A stretch of 64,000 bases of DNA from Escherichia phage Bp7. The notes beneath the pieces are model-generated. The model was not told the DNA's origin, made no database searches, and saw only the letters and a program-made list of their open reading frames with translations. Position numbers and translations under genes: made by a program. Positions 1 through 10,129 of this stretch are shown piece by piece (position 1 is the first letter of the stretch; each line of letters opens with the position of its first letter). The stretch lies in sequence record NC_019500.1; one strand, 5' to 3'.

Positions 1-507
1 CCTAACTATGTTTGTGACTGGACGTCGTTGCGGGAAGACTTGGCTAAACATGGCATCCGTAATAGCACATTATCAGCACTTATGCCGTGTGAATCAAGCA
101 GCCAGGTTTCCAACTCTACAAACGGTATCGAACCTCCACGTGGTCCGGTAAGTATTAAAGAATCTAAAGAAGGTAACTTCCGTCAGGTAGTTCCTAATGT
201 AGAACATAACCAAGGACTCTACGATTACGCTTGGAGCCTCGCTAAGAAAGGTAATAAACCTTATCTTACCCAAGTGGCAATAGCGTTGAAATGGGTGTGT
301 CAATCGGCATCAGCTAATACATATTATGACCCACAGATTTTTCCAAAAGGAAAAGTTCCGATGTCGGTAATGCTTGATGACCTGCTGTATTTCTGGTACT
401 ACGGTGGTAAGAACCTTTACTATCATAATACCCGTGATGGCTCTGGTACTGATGACTATGAAATCGAAACTCCTAAAGCCGATGATTGTGCAGCTTGTAA
501 GCTTTAA
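1..507 (+). CDS. nrdA: Ribonucleotide reductase large subunit NrdA, C-terminal part (gene continues upstream of window)
   Basis: Frame-1 ORF open from window edge; C-terminus ...DDYEIETPKADDCAACKL resembles class Ia NrdA C-terminal Cys pair; synteny immediately upstream of nrdB. Confidence 0.8.
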   Translation, partial: PNYVCDWTSLREDLAKHGIRNSTLSALMPCESSSQVSNSTNGIEPPRGPVSIKESKEGNFRQVVPNVEHNQGLYDYAWSLAKKGNKPYLTQVAIALKWVCQSASANTYYDPQIFPKGKVPMSVMLDDLLYFWYYGGKNLYYHNTRDGSGTDDYEIETPKADDCAACKL

Positions 508-561
508 TAAAATCCGATTATAATTGACTCACGGATGAGTCACTAACAAAATGAGAATAAT

Positions 562-1236
562 ATGTCTACAGTTTTTAATACTACCCCAGTTGATGTTTTA
601 GTCGAGCCGATGTTCTTTGGTTCAGGATTAGGTATCGCCCGTTATGATATCCAACGTCATAAAGTGTTCGAAGAGCTTTGTGAAAAGCAACTATCATTTT
701 TCTGGCGTCCAGAGGAAGTTAACTTGATGATGGACTCTGCGCAGTTAATAAGCTTCCAGAGTTCCAACAAAATATATTTACCAATAACTTGAAATATCAG
801 TCGCTTTTGGACAGTATTCAGGGCCGGGCTCCTTCTGCTGCACTCCAAGCCTTGATTTCTGACCCTAGCCTTGATACATGGGTGGCAACATGGACCTTTA
901 GTGAAACTATTCACTCGCGTTCGTATACCCATATCATGCGTAACCTCTATACAGACCCATCTAAGGTATTTGATGAAATTCTGTTAGATGACGCTATCAT
1001 GAAGCGCGCTGAATCCATTGGTCGTTATTATGATGACGTTATTGAGAAAACTAGATATTGGCAGAATGCTAAAGCTGATATTGAGTACCAAAAAGAAATT
1101 AACGCAGACGAAGATGATATTGAAGATGCCATAGAGCATGAGATGTATTGGAAACGTGAACTGATGCGTTCTCTTTATCTCTGTTTGCATGTTATCAATG
1201 CCTTAGAAGCTATTCGTTTTTATGTATCTTTTGCGT
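562..1236 (+). CDS. nrdB: Ribonucleotide reductase small subunit NrdB, exon 1 (apparent 1-nt frameshift near 745)
   Basis: [12 protein letters not shown]...EEVNLMMD in frame 1 then continues in frame 3 (...[21 protein letters not shown]...[12 protein letters not shown]); matches T4/E. coli NrdB; exon ends at T1236. Confidence 0.8.
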
Positions 1237-1310
1237 AAAATGCGCCTTTAAACGGTAACGTTTATCGAAAACTCCTTTAATTGCTGGAAAGTCCTTTATA
1301 GGAAAACTAG

Positions 1311-1337
1311 CAGCCAAGGTTTTGCTTGCACCTTTAA
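1311..1337 (+). promoter_or_regulatory. Putative middle promoter (MotA box TTTGCTTGCA, 11 nt, TATAAT) inside intron upstream of endonuclease ORF
   Basis: Sequence motif match to T4 middle promoter consensus. Confidence 0.45.
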
Positions 1338-1381
1338 TTAGTATAATATAAATATGATTATACTTTTAAGAGGATGCACAA

Positions 1382-2188
1382 TTGAACTATAGAAAAATTT
1401 GGATAGATGCTAACGGACCTATACCTAAAGATTCTGATGGAAGAACATACGAAATCCATCATAAAGACGGTAACCGTGAAAATAATGATTTAGATAATTT
1501 GATGTGCCTTTCTATACAGGAACATTATGATATACATTTAGCTCAAAAAGATTACCAGGCTTGTCATGCTATAAAGCTTAGAATGAAATATTCTCCTGAA
1601 GAAATTTCTGAATTAGCTTCTAAAGCCGCAAAATCTAGAGAAATCCAGATTTTTAATATCCCTGAAGTACGAGCTAAAAATATTGCCTCTATTAAATCTA
1701 AGATAGAAAATGGTACATTTCATCTTTTAGACGGTGAAATACAGCGTAAATCTAATTTAAATAGAGTTGCATTAGGTATACATAATTTCTCTAGAGGAGC
1801 CCATGCAAAAGTTAAAGAACGCAATATTGCAGCTATAAAAGAAGGTACTCATGTATTTTGCGGTGGTAAAATGCAGTCAGAAACTCAATCAAAACGGGTA
1901 AATGACGGTTCACATCATTTCTTGTCAGAAGACCATAAGAAAAGAACATCAGCAAAAACATTAGAAATGGTTAAGAACGGGACCCATCCTGCACAAAAAG
2001 AAATCACATGTGATTTCTGCGGTCACATTGGTAAAGGTCCTGGATTTTATCTAAAACATAATGACAGATGTAAATTAAATCCAAATAGAATTCAATTGAA
2101 TTGTCCATATTGTGATAAGAAAGATTTATCACCATCAACATATAAACGATGGCACGGCGACAATTGCAAAGCAAGGTTCAACGACTAG
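1382..2188 (+). CDS. Intron-encoded HNH homing endonuclease (I-TevIII-like), TTG start
   Basis: 268 aa; EIHHKDGNRENNDLDNLMCLSIQEHYDIH HNH motif; C-terminal Cys/His zinc-finger-like pairs; RBS aagagga upstream of TTG. Confidence 0.75.
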   Translation: MNYRKIWIDANGPIPKDSDGRTYEIHHKDGNRENNDLDNLMCLSIQEHYDIHLAQKDYQACHAIKLRMKYSPEEISELASKAAKSREIQIFNIPEVRAKNIASIKSKIENGTFHLLDGEIQRKSNLNRVALGIHNFSRGAHAKVKERNIAAIKEGTHVFCGGKMQSETQSKRVNDGSHHFLSEDHKKRTSAKTLEMVKNGTHPAQKEITCDFCGHIGKGPGFYLKHNDRCKLNPNRIQLNCPYCDKKDLSPSTYKRWHGDNCKARFND

Positions 2189-2324
2189 TCTTCGGACGTA
2201 GGGTCAAGCGACTCGAAATGGGGAGAATCCCTCTGGGATTGTGATATAGTCTGGTCTGCATAGTAATATGTAGCAGTTCATAAGAGAACGGGTTGAGAAT
2301 TAGCGAGCTCAATCGAACATAACG

Positions 2325-2827
2325 GTACCTTTAACTTCCATAAGAACATGGAAATCATGGAAGGTAATGCTAAGATTATGAAGTTCATTGCACGTGATGA
2401 ACAGCTCCACCTTAAAGGCACCCAGTACATTATTCGTCAGCTCCAACTTGGTACTGATGGCGACGAATGGGTTAAAATTGCTCAAGAGTGCGAACAAGAA
2501 GCAGTTGATATTTTCATGGAAGTTAACCGTCAAGAAAAAGAATGGGCCGCTCACCTGTTCAAAGATGGTACTTGCCCTGGATTAAATACTCAGAACATGG
2601 GTGCTTTTGTCGATTACCTGACAGTTTCTCGTATGAAGCAATGTGGCTTACCGTGTCCTATTACTGATGCTCCTACTCGCCATCCTTATCCTTGGATTCG
2701 CGAATACCTGAACTCTGATGCTGTACAGGCTGCTCCTCAGGAAGTGGAAATCAGTTCTTACCTTGTAGCACAAATTGATAACGATGTTGATGAAAAAGTA
2801 ATGGCATCGTACAAGAAATATTTTTAA
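2325..2827 (+). CDS. nrdB: Ribonucleotide reductase small subunit NrdB, exon 2
   Basis: TFNFHKNMEIMEGNAKIMKFIARDEQLHLKGTQ... to C-terminus; matches NrdB iron-ligand region. Confidence 0.8.
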
Positions 2828-2854
2828 GGAATGGGGCTTCGGCCCCTTATTGCT

Positions 2855-3268
2855 ATGAAAGAAATCGCAGACGAATTTAGCTTTATCAAGTACGTCACCC
2901 TAGAACTCCAAGATGACGCCACCATAGCTCCACTCACAGTACCAAATAAACAAAATGTCATATATGCTATAGCGGTTGATGATATACTAGTCTACGTTGG
3001 GAAGACTAAAAATCTTCGTAAGCGCATCAACTACTACCGAACCGCTATTAATCGTAAGGACCAAACGTCGGATTCGACTAAGTCCATTCTGATTCATGAA
3101 GCATTAATGGCTGGTAAAAAGGTAGAGTTCTATGCACGGCAGTGCTTTAATCTGTCGATGACTAACGAACTTGGAACTATGTCAGTTGAGACCATGTCTC
3201 TTGAAGAGCCAATGTTCATAAAGAAATTTAATCCACCTTGGAATACCCAACACCGATTAAAAGGATAA
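2855..3268 (+). CDS. denA: Endonuclease II DenA (GIY-YIG family)
   Basis: MKEIADEFSFIKY...YAIAVDDILVYVGKTKNLRKRINYYRTAINRKD; strong similarity to T4 DenA; start taken at internal ATG matching T4 N-terminus. Confidence 0.85.
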   Translation: MKEIADEFSFIKYVTLELQDDATIAPLTVPNKQNVIYAIAVDDILVYVGKTKNLRKRINYYRTAINRKDQTSDSTKSILIHEALMAGKKVEFYARQCFNLSMTNELGTMSVETMSLEEPMFIKKFNPPWNTQHRLKG

Positions 3269-3272
3269 AGCA

Positions 3273-4421
3273 ATGATTGAATTATATGATAACTTGATGG
3301 CCCTGGTTAAAAACTCGACTAAATCTAAGTTCTTCTTTAAAGACTTTCAGAGTGCGCTAGGAGTCAACTATCGCATCTTTAGTTATAACTATGCCTCGTA
3401 CAGTGATTGGTTGGAAGACGGCGCGCTAGAGGGCCGAGGCATTATGTTTGAAATGGACGAGAACGGTCCAGTACGTATTGCTGCTCGTCCTATGCAAAAG
3501 TTCTTTAACCTTGACGAAAACCCTCTGACCATCGGTCTAGATTTGTCACCAGAAAATATTGACCTCGTAATGGCTAAGGAAGATGGTTCTCTGATTTCTA
3601 CATTCATGGACCGACAGTATCTTTCTGTTAAATCTAAAGGCTCTATCCATTCATCAATGGTGCATGATTCTTTACGGTTCCTTCGTCTCCCTGAGAACGA
3701 GGCTTTTGCCGCACGTCTAGAAGAAATCACCAAAGCTGGGTATACCTGCAACCTTGAATATGTAGCACCTACCAACCGTATCGTTCTGGCTTACCAAGAA
3801 ACAAACCTCATCCTGTTGAACGTTCGTAATAATGAAACAGGTGAATATATTCCGTATGCTGAATTGTTTAAAGATGGTGCCCTGCGTAAGCATTTGGTTG
3901 AAAGCTATGACCTCGCTGAAGGTGATTTCGTAGAAAACATCCGTAAACAAGAAGGTATTGAAGGTTTCATCTTTGTACTGAAAGATGGTACGTTCTTTAA
4001 ACTCAAAACCGCCTGGTACAGTGCACTGCACCATACCAAAGATTCCATTAACAATAACGAACGTTTGTTTGAAGTTGTAGTGGCTGGTGGAACTGATGAC
4101 CTTCGTGGATTGTTCAGTACAGATTCGTTTGCTATCGAGAAAATCGATGCCTTTGAACGTATCCATTTAGATTACTTAGAACAATCATTAGCCTTGTTAG
4201 AAGCAGCGTACTCCCAACTTAAGGGTCGCGACCGTAAGGACTACGCCGTTACTGGTCAACTAATCCTTAAGGACTTTCCAGGGTTGTTCTCTATTCTTAT
4301 GCAGGCGTACGTAGGCGGCATTAATTATGATACGGTCATGGACCAGATTAACTCTGTGTTCTTGAAAAACCATAAAGCCCAAATCCCTGAAAAATATTTG
4401 AAAGAAATTGTGGTAGAGTAG
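3273..4421 (+). CDS. rnlA: RNA ligase 1 (gene 63, tail fiber attachment catalyst)
   Basis: 382 aa; YRIFSYNYASYSDWL...ALEGRGIMFEMD...KEDGSL motifs matching T4 RnlA. Confidence 0.85.
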   Translation: MIELYDNLMALVKNSTKSKFFFKDFQSALGVNYRIFSYNYASYSDWLEDGALEGRGIMFEMDENGPVRIAARPMQKFFNLDENPLTIGLDLSPENIDLVMAKEDGSLISTFMDRQYLSVKSKGSIHSSMVHDSLRFLRLPENEAFAARLEEITKAGYTCNLEYVAPTNRIVLAYQETNLILLNVRNNETGEYIPYAELFKDGALRKHLVESYDLAEGDFVENIRKQEGIEGFIFVLKDGTFFKLKTAWYSALHHTKDSINNNERLFEVVVAGGTDDLRGLFSTDSFAIEKIDAFERIHLDYLEQSLALLEAAYSQLKGRDRKDYAVTGQLILKDFPGLFSILMQAYVGGINYDTVMDQINSVFLKNHKAQIPEKYLKEIVVE

Positions 4422-4449
4422 TTTACATCTCCTCATGATGTGTTAGTAT
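4421..4449 (+). promoter_or_regulatory. Putative early promoter (GTTTACA -35, 17-nt spacer, TAGTAT -10)
   Basis: Motif match; upstream of alc-like ORF. Confidence 0.45.
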
Positions 4450-4479
4450 AGACTTACCAACTAATGAGGAGAAAACAAA

Positions 4480-4980
4480 ATGAATATGCAAATGATTACT
4501 AACGAAATGGTTGTTAAGGCTTTTGGTGACTCTACCGACGGTATCCAAGTTTTTAAAGGTTCTCGTGCAGTAGGTTACCTGACCGATCTTCGTGTTACTT
4601 TAGCTAAAAATGCTAAAAAGAAAATCAAGCAAAAAGAATACTCTACCCGTTACGCTGAAGAAAAGCGTGAAGCCATGCCCGAAGCTGTTAACTCTATGGT
4701 TGAGTTTCTCCGAAACAACCTTTCCAAGTATGATGCTGAGGTGTTCATTAATATTAGCCAACCTAATGTTAAAATCTCAGGCATCACTTTCTATTTGATT
4801 TGTGACCCATTAAGCGACAAGTTTAATCGCCTTGGCATTTCAAGTCCTTACCATACCGCTGAAGAATTGTGTTTTATGTTCGAAACGTACAAAATTCAGT
4901 GCGAAAATCCTAAAACGGTTCTTATTAATTCCCTGTCACGTGATGACATCATCGAGATTATTACCAAATGTCTAAATTAA
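4480..4980 (+). CDS. alc: Alc-like protein (inhibitor of host transcription on cytosine DNA), tentative
   Basis: 166 aa ORF at the position alc occupies in T4 (between 63 and pseT region); size matches T4 Alc (167 aa); identity by synteny and size only. Confidence 0.5.
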   Translation: MNMQMITNEMVVKAFGDSTDGIQVFKGSRAVGYLTDLRVTLAKNAKKKIKQKEYSTRYAEEKREAMPEAVNSMVEFLRNNLSKYDAEVFINISQPNVKISGITFYLICDPLSDKFNRLGISSPYHTAEELCFMFETYKIQCENPKTVLINSLSRDDIIEIITKCLN

Positions 4981-5321
4981 GTATTTACCTTTTAGCTGGA
5001 GCCATTGCAGTAGGTGCTTACGGTTTTATTTCGTATCAATCAAGTCGTATTGATACCCTTACCGAAGAACTGAAAACAACCCAGCAAACAGCTAAACAGA
5101 ACGCTGAAGCTGTAGAGGACCTTCGCGGTCAATACTCTGATATCGAATTCCGTACTACTGAAATGAATGCCCGAATGGATAAAATTAAGGTAGAAAATGA
5201 AAAGCTCCGTAAAGATTCGAAGAAGGCGCACGTGGTGGCAAGTAAGCCAGGACTGGTCGAAAAACAAATCAACAAGTCCTTCGATTCCTTTACAGAAGAC
5301 TTCAGGAGCATTACAGAATGA
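4968..5321 (+). CDS. i-spanin (Rz-like; T4 pseT.3 equivalent)
   Basis: 117 aa; N-terminal TM segment (LSIYLLAGAIAVGAYGFISY) followed by charged coiled-coil; overlaps next ORF. Confidence 0.7.
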   Translation: MSKLSIYLLAGAIAVGAYGFISYQSSRIDTLTEELKTTQQTAKQNAEAVEDLRGQYSDIEFRTTEMNARMDKIKVENEKLRKDSKKAHVVASKPGLVEKQINKSFDSFTEDFRSITE

Positions 5322-5608
5322 TTAAATTATCTGTGGTAGTATTATCTATTGGCTTGTTAGTTGGATGTGCCCAGGATATCCCTGTAGTGCCTAAGCAACA
5401 GCTGCATCCTTCATGGCCACAACCTATTGCCGAACATAATGTTAAATGGCAGGTTAAGGTAATCGATGGTAAAGCTTGGGTTGGAATGCCTTTCGAAGAC
5501 TCCCAAGAACATCGTATTTGGTTGAATGACGTAAAAAGATATGTACAAGACCAGAAATCTATGTTATGTTATTATCGTTCTGGACTAAAAGAGGAGAAGT
5601 GCAAATGA
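5318..5608 (+). CDS. o-spanin lipoprotein (Rz1-like; T4 pseT.2 equivalent)
   Basis: 96 aa; signal peptide with lipobox LLVGC; Pro-rich mature region; adjacent to i-spanin. Confidence 0.7.
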   Translation: MIKLSVVVLSIGLLVGCAQDIPVVPKQQLHPSWPQPIAEHNVKWQVKVIDGKAWVGMPFEDSQEHRIWLNDVKRYVQDQKSMLCYYRSGLKEEKCK

Positions 5609-5711
5609 TTGAGTCTTGTATCGATGGGTCGGATATCATTCTATTTGGCTTTACATGCTTTTGTTTTGGAATCGTGCTTAGCATGTGTATGCATGGTCTT
5701 TTTGGAAAGTA

Positions 5712-5741
5712 GTTTACAAACTCTTGGGAGCAGAGTATAAT
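5712..5741 (+). promoter_or_regulatory. Putative early promoter (GTTTAC, 18 nt, TATAAT), -10 inside hairpin GGAGCA/TGCTCC
   Basis: Motif match. Confidence 0.55.
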
Positions 5742-5775
5742 GCTCCTACGGATTATAAAAATTGAGGAAATTATT

Positions 5776-6075
5776 ATGAAAGAATTATTAGAGAATTACA
5801 TCAAGTGTTCAGACAATTACGTGGATTTATGTTATGGATTGAAAATATCTGAACATGATGAAGATGCGGCGCATCTGGCATTAGATACCGCAGGTAAAGC
5901 CTTGCGTAAAGCAGCTAAAGCCCAGGGCGTTGATATGGCTGAACTAAAGAAACATTTAATTATGTTTATCTCTGCTAACGTCTCTAGCCGGTCGGGTAAC
6001 AAAGCTGTCGCAAAATCAGGTGAAGAACGCACTGAACTACGCATTCAGCTCCTCAAAACCTCTGTTGGGAATTAA
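5776..6075 (+). CDS. Hypothetical protein (pseT.1 position)
   Basis: ORF with RBS gaggaaa 7 nt upstream of ATG 5776; immediately precedes pseT. Confidence 0.55.
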   Translation: MKELLENYIKCSDNYVDLCYGLKISEHDEDAAHLALDTAGKALRKAAKAQGVDMAELKKHLIMFISANVSSRSGNKAVAKSGEERTELRIQLLKTSVGN

Positions 6076-6983
<908 letters not shown>

Positions 6984-6984
<1 letters not shown>

Positions 6985-7181
6985 TGAATAATATCGAAAA
7001 GATTTTTCGTACAATCGAAGAAATTGAAAAACGTAAATGCTTTTTCTTCGGCGTATGGCCTTTAACTGATGGACGTATTGGCCTGGATGTGATGGACTAT
7101 AAAGATGAAGACAAGGTCGATGGTGGTATTTTTAAATCCGCTCCTGAACTCCTTGCCTTCTTGGAAGAACATTATGTATAA
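6984..7181 (+). CDS. Hypothetical protein
   Basis: 65 aa ORF, start overlaps pseT stop (translational coupling). Confidence 0.45.
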
Positions 7182-7389
7182 CAAACACCATGAAGTTGAA
7201 GAAGAAGCTTATAAAGAGCTTCAGAAATTGGTAGGTCAGAATATGTCTCCTACCCTCATTAACTCACTAGCGGCCCTTCGTAATGACCTCAATGAACGTT
7301 ACAAAGGCGAGTACTATGTTGAGTTCGTTCCTCTGACTGAAGTCGTTGACCGGTTTATTGTTAACGTGAAGGTCCATACAGTACACTGA
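7177..7389 (+). CDS. Hypothetical protein
   Basis: ORF in cd.x-type small-gene block; internal ATG with RBS chosen. Confidence 0.4.
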   Translation, partial: YNKHHEVEEEAYKELQKLVGQNMSPTLINSLAALRNDLNERYKGEYYVEFVPLTEVVDRFIVNVKVHTVH

Positions 7390-7396
7390 GGTAATT

Positions 7397-7675
7397 ATGT
7401 TCCCTACTTATTCTGAAATTGTTAAAGTAGTTTTTAGTCAGATTGTATCTGATTATCTATACGAAACCGTCGACACGTCGACTGAACTAAAAGTGCACGG
7501 TCGTTTGTCTGCTATTCTGGAAATCATGTTCCCGGATGCAGTTGATGCAATCACTGTTCAACTCACGCCTGGTGCAGCATTTGCAATTGTTCCATTTAAA
7601 ATTGATAACCACATTTTGGCTATTTCATGCAAAATGGACTTCCAGAAACAAACGGTAGTTGTCGAAGCAATTTAA
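7397..7675 (+). CDS. Hypothetical protein
   Basis: 92 aa ORF. Confidence 0.45.
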   Translation: MFPTYSEIVKVVFSQIVSDYLYETVDTSTELKVHGRLSAILEIMFPDAVDAITVQLTPGAAFAIVPFKIDNHILAISCKMDFQKQTVVVEAI

Positions 7676-7676
7676 G

Positions 7677-7706
7677 TGTTTACACTATGGTAGGACTGTG
7701 GTATAG
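7677..7706 (+). promoter_or_regulatory. Putative early promoter (GTTTAC, 18 nt, TATAGT), -10 in loop of hairpin GGTAGGACT/AGTCCTACC
   Basis: Motif match. Confidence 0.5.
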
Positions 7707-7737
7707 TAGTCCTACCGAAACAAATGAGGAAATCGAA

Positions 7738-8292
7738 ATGAGCCAGTTCTTTGAAGAGCGTAAGTTTTATAAGTTCGTTGGTGAATACACTAAAAACAAA
7801 TTCACTAATAACGGTGCTTATGGCCTCAATACAGCTTTTGCCAAGTATGTAGGTATGAACCCGTTTGAAGTTGAAATTGATTACCATAACGGGAAGCCAC
7901 GTGTAAGCCGAATTCGTGTATACGATGAGTTGATGTTTGTTGACCTGAGCAAAATCACAGGTAATCCCGATGATGCAACTAGTGTTCTTTTTAATTCAGT
8001 AGGCGCCTTTGCCCATGAATTCGAATACTTTATTGAAGTAGTACGTCCACTGGCTACTACGAGTATTGCTGTAAAGCCGGAACCTAAGCCAGTAAAAGCT
8101 ACAGCCGATTGGAAAGTGCTTATTGTTAAAAATGGTAAGATTGAAGTTCATTCTCGCCATAACACAAAGGAACAAGCCGATCGTCAGGCTGAAGAGCTTT
8201 TGACTAAGTCGTTCCAACAAGTGTGTTATATTGTTAAAGGCGACATTACCCAAGCTACCACTACCAAACAACTTAAGTTGGAGAGCATCTAA
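7738..8292 (+). CDS. Hypothetical protein
   Basis: 184 aa from ATG with RBS gaggaaa; ORF track start 7627 lies inside promoter. Confidence 0.5.
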   Translation: MSQFFEERKFYKFVGEYTKNKFTNNGAYGLNTAFAKYVGMNPFEVEIDYHNGKPRVSRIRVYDELMFVDLSKITGNPDDATSVLFNSVGAFAHEFEYFIEVVRPLATTSIAVKPEPKPVKATADWKVLIVKNGKIEVHSRHNTKEQADRQAEELLTKSFQQVCYIVKGDITQATTTKQLKLESI

Positions 8293-8525
8293 TGCTGAGC
8301 GAACAACCTATTACTGTAGAGCAGTTCCAAGTTAAAGTTAAAGAATTTGCTCAGGCCCTGATTAATAAGGTTTCTGTACGTTTTCCTGACGCAACTCTGC
8401 GAGTAATTCAGGAATCACCACGTGCGGTATTGGTTATCGTTAATCCTAAAAATGGCGGCCAGATTACCCAGTTGAAACTTGGTTCTGATGGTCTGGTCGA
8501 AGCGCAGCGAGTGTTCATAGAATGA
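8292..8525 (+). CDS. Hypothetical protein
   Basis: 77 aa ORF, coupled to neighbours. Confidence 0.45.
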   Translation: MLSEQPITVEQFQVKVKEFAQALINKVSVRFPDATLRVIQESPRAVLVIVNPKNGGQITQLKLGSDGLVEAQRVFIE

Positions 8526-9067
8526 AAGCAAGCACATACCTTCAGATTGCATATCTGATTTCTCAGGAATCAAAATGTTGTTCATGGAAAGTGGGCGCGG
8601 TTATTGAAAAGAATGGCCGCATTATTTCTACAGGGTATAACGGTTCACCATCCGGTGGTGTTAACTGTTGTGACCACGCTGTGGAACAAGACTGGACCCG
8701 TGTTGTGTATGACCCAGCGCGGATGTCGCACAAATCCGTTCTTCTTAAAGAACACCGTATGGCTCATGCAGCATGGTCATCCAAAAATGAAATCCATGCT
8801 GAACTGAATGCCATTTTGTTTGCAGCTCGTACCGGAAGTTCTATTGACGGCGCTACGATGTACGTGACGTTATCTCCATGTGCAGATTGTGCTAAGTCTA
8901 TTGCGCAGTCTGGAATTAAAACATTGGTTTATGCTGAGCTATATGACCGAAATCCTGAAGGATGGGACGATATCCTCCGTGAATCAGGCATAGAAGTTAT
9001 CCAGTATAATCGTACAGGTCTCCGTTCTCTGAACTGGGAATCAATTCAAAACTATTGTGGTGAATAA
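8522..9067 (+). CDS. cd: dCMP deaminase
   Basis: HAELNAILFAARTG and SPCADCAKSI zinc-ligand motifs of cytidine/dCMP deaminase; N- and C-termini match T4 Cd. Confidence 0.9.
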   Translation: MKASTYLQIAYLISQESKCCSWKVGAVIEKNGRIISTGYNGSPSGGVNCCDHAVEQDWTRVVYDPARMSHKSVLLKEHRMAHAAWSSKNEIHAELNAILFAARTGSSIDGATMYVTLSPCADCAKSIAQSGIKTLVYAELYDRNPEGWDDILRESGIEVIQYNRTGLRSLNWESIQNYCGE

Positions 9068-9339
9068 TGAAATTTCGTCTAGTTAAATTTTCAGGTCTGA
9101 ACTCAAAAGGTGAAAGCTTAGTAGCCTATTCAGTAGAATATAAAAAGTACTTTTTCTCTCGATGGAAATCGTACTATAAATCTGATTGGGTTTATGCCAA
9201 CATGAATTACAAAACAGTACCTATTCTTGATAATTGCCATAGCCTATTAAGAGCTCTAAAAGAGCGTAACGCAACCACTATCAAAACTATCTGGAATAAT
9301 TATGATTTTAACCGAACAAGAAACAATTCGTCTCCGTGA
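9067..9339 (+). CDS. Hypothetical protein
   Basis: 90 aa ORF. Confidence 0.45.
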   Translation: MKFRLVKFSGLNSKGESLVAYSVEYKKYFFSRWKSYYKSDWVYANMNYKTVPILDNCHSLLRALKERNATTIKTIWNNYDFNRTRNNSSP

Positions 9340-9601
9340 AAAAGTCAAGACTATTTTGTCTGTGGGTACTCACGAAGTCCTGTTTGAAAAGGCCGACGGT
9401 AGTGCACGTCGTATGACTTGTACACGTGACTTAGACCTGCTTCCATATAAAGAAGTCCAGGCCCCTGGGCCTGAAGCCAATAAAGAACCTGTTAATTATA
9501 TCAGAGTATTTGATACCAAGGTTAATGAATGGCGTTCATTCCGTTTCGATAAGCTGATTTCCGTTAATGGGCTTCAGACTGAAACTCTGCTTGTCATGTA
9601 A
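9302..9601 (+). CDS. Hypothetical protein
   Basis: 99 aa ORF. Confidence 0.45.
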   Translation: MILTEQETIRLREKVKTILSVGTHEVLFEKADGSARRMTCTRDLDLLPYKEVQAPGPEANKEPVNYIRVFDTKVNEWRSFRFDKLISVNGLQTETLLVM

Positions 9602-9628
9602 TATGCTTTAAGAATAGCGTGTTATTAT
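9602..9628 (+). promoter_or_regulatory. Putative middle promoter (MotA box TATGCTTTA, 12 nt, TATTAT) upstream of gene 31
   Basis: Motif match. Confidence 0.5.
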
Positions 9629-9659
9629 TAATCTATCAACAAAACAATATGGATTAAAT

Positions 9660-9983
9660 ATGGAACTTCCTATTAAAGCGGTCGGAGAATATGTTATTCT
9701 CGTTTCCGAACCAAAACAAGCTGGTGATGAAGAAACTACTGCATCTGGTATCGTTATTGGCAAACTTCATCAAGGTGAAATCCCTGAACTTTGTGAAATT
9801 TATTCTGTAGGACCTGATGTCCCTGAAGATTTTTGTGAAGTAGGCGATTTGACTCCACTTCCTGTTGGTAAGATTGCTAACGTGCCTCATCCTTTGGTTG
9901 CATTGGGTATTAAACAACCTAAAGAAATTAAACAAAAATTCGTTACCTGTCACTATAAAGCTATTCCTTGTCTTTATAAGTGA
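9660..9983 (+). CDS. 31: Co-chaperonin gp31 (GroES-like, capsid folding)
   Basis: 107 aa; size, position next to rIII and cd; GroES-like fold assigned by T4 synteny. Confidence 0.75.
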   Translation: MELPIKAVGEYVILVSEPKQAGDEETTASGIVIGKLHQGEIPELCEIYSVGPDVPEDFCEVGDLTPLPVGKIANVPHPLVALGIKQPKEIKQKFVTCHYKAIPCLYK

Positions 9984-9991
9984 TATAAATA
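9984..9991 (+). promoter_or_regulatory. Possible late promoter TATAAATA
   Basis: Exact TATAAATA upstream of rIII. Confidence 0.3.
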
Positions 9992-10129
9992 ATAATATGG
10001 ATTGGCTGCCGGACTAGTTAGTTAACCGGAGAATCCTAAGCGGTGGACTACAACTGAGAGACTTGCCGAAAGGAAGTGAAATTCAGAAGAACGTGTCCAC
10101 CAATCTTTATCTCGAATTGAGAAACTAAA

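Larger units (their letters stand above)
1237..2324 (+). mobile_element. Group I self-splicing intron in nrdB carrying HNH homing endonuclease ORF
   Basis: NrdB reading frame interrupted after SFA and resumes at 2325 (C-TFNFHKNMEIMEGNAK); 5' exon ends in T, intron ends in G; internal HNH ORF; intron at this position is known in T-even nrdB. Confidence 0.7.

Noticed and set aside
28-507. ORF-track start codon at position 28 for the first ORF
   Set aside because: The frame is open from the window edge and the product is the C-terminus of NrdA; the real start is upstream of the window.
5740-5775. ORF-track start at 5740 for the pseT.1-position ORF
   Set aside because: That ATG overlaps the TATAAT -10 hexamer of the early promoter; the ATG at 5776 with RBS GAGGAAA is the plausible start.
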